DNA of 63,775 nucleotides, filler included, from Polymyxa betae A26-41 (Eukaryota; Protista; Endomyxa: Phytomyxea): NCBI GenBank assembly GCA_003693705.1. It is 5 parts of 5 records of this genome, joined end to end, with 100 filler letters (N's around TTAATTAATTAA, not from the genome) between each part and the next. Parts side by side here need not be neighbours in the genome. Positions count along the whole stretch, not along the records: positions 48,653 to 63,775 come from RBZT01000306.1; 4 more parts are not named here. One strand, 5' to 3'. Shown piece by piece: positions 63,253 to 63,775 of this stretch (position 1 is its first letter; each line of letters starts with the position of its first letter). The notes under the pieces were generated by a model. It saw only the letters and a program-made list of their open reading frames with translations, ran no database searches and was not told where the DNA came from. The position numbers and the translations under genes were made by a program.

Positions 63253-63775
63253 TTTGAGACCAAAATTCTTCGCTCGAAATATCCCTAAGGCACGTGCGAT
63301 GCTGAGCTAAAGATGTACAAGAATACAGAAAGCAAGAGTCAAATCAATCTAACTGATTGGGGATGAATGAATAATGGCGAATTCAGAACTTTAAATTCGG
63401 GAATCGGCCGAAGTTAATTTTTCACAGATTTGTGGTGATTCGGACCGGTCGCCTATAAATGCACGCTCATAGCCTCATATTCAGAGAGATGTTACCTCAT
63501 AATCATGAGCTCAGGAGGCCATCACACACGAATAGATGAGAAACATGGCATGTCGAAGAATTCCCAAAGCATCAGAAAGACAGAAACGACAAACAACTAA
63601 AGAGATTCTCACGCAGACAGTTGCAATAATCCTTAGAAAGTGTTTTTGAAATGGAAAGAGCCTGATTATGGTAATTGCACAGAGTCTGGAGTTCACATTA
63701 CTGTGATTCATCTCTGTCTCAAGTTCTGCATTCTGTAAGTTCAATATTTTGAGCTGGAAAAGGAGTTCAATTTGA

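Overview
Eukaryotic genomic DNA, not prokaryotic. It is five unrelated contigs (1-11628, 11729-18429, 18530-28511, 28612-48552, 48653-63775) joined by artificial 100-nt N/TTAATTAATTAA/N linkers. Short (~50 nt) GT-AG introns, TTTTAGGG-like motifs and secreted RING proteins suggest a parasitic protist such as a phytomyxid/plasmodiophorid (inference only). Contigs 1-3 are mostly decayed transposons: nested Gypsy LTR elements and solo LTRs, a CACTA/EnSpm transposase with a ~310-bp repeat array, three PIF/Harbinger transposases, a pogo element with a second ORF, and MITEs. Contig 4 carries a U1 snRNA, three tandem decayed copies of a secreted NLS-bearing Cys-repeat protein, a USP deubiquitinase and a PPxY membrane protein. 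Contig 5 carries a divergent H4/H3 pair, U1, U2, three tRNAs, a decayed secreted RING-H2 E3 ligase and a BTB protein. Best leads: (i) two candidate effector families, a secreted helical-scaffold RING-H2 family with members on contigs 1 and 5 and the triplicated secreted nuclear Cys-repeat family; (ii) lineage-specific snRNA architecture, with extra hairpins in U1 and U2 plus a shared upstream element and 3' box. All calls are by eye; no searches were run.
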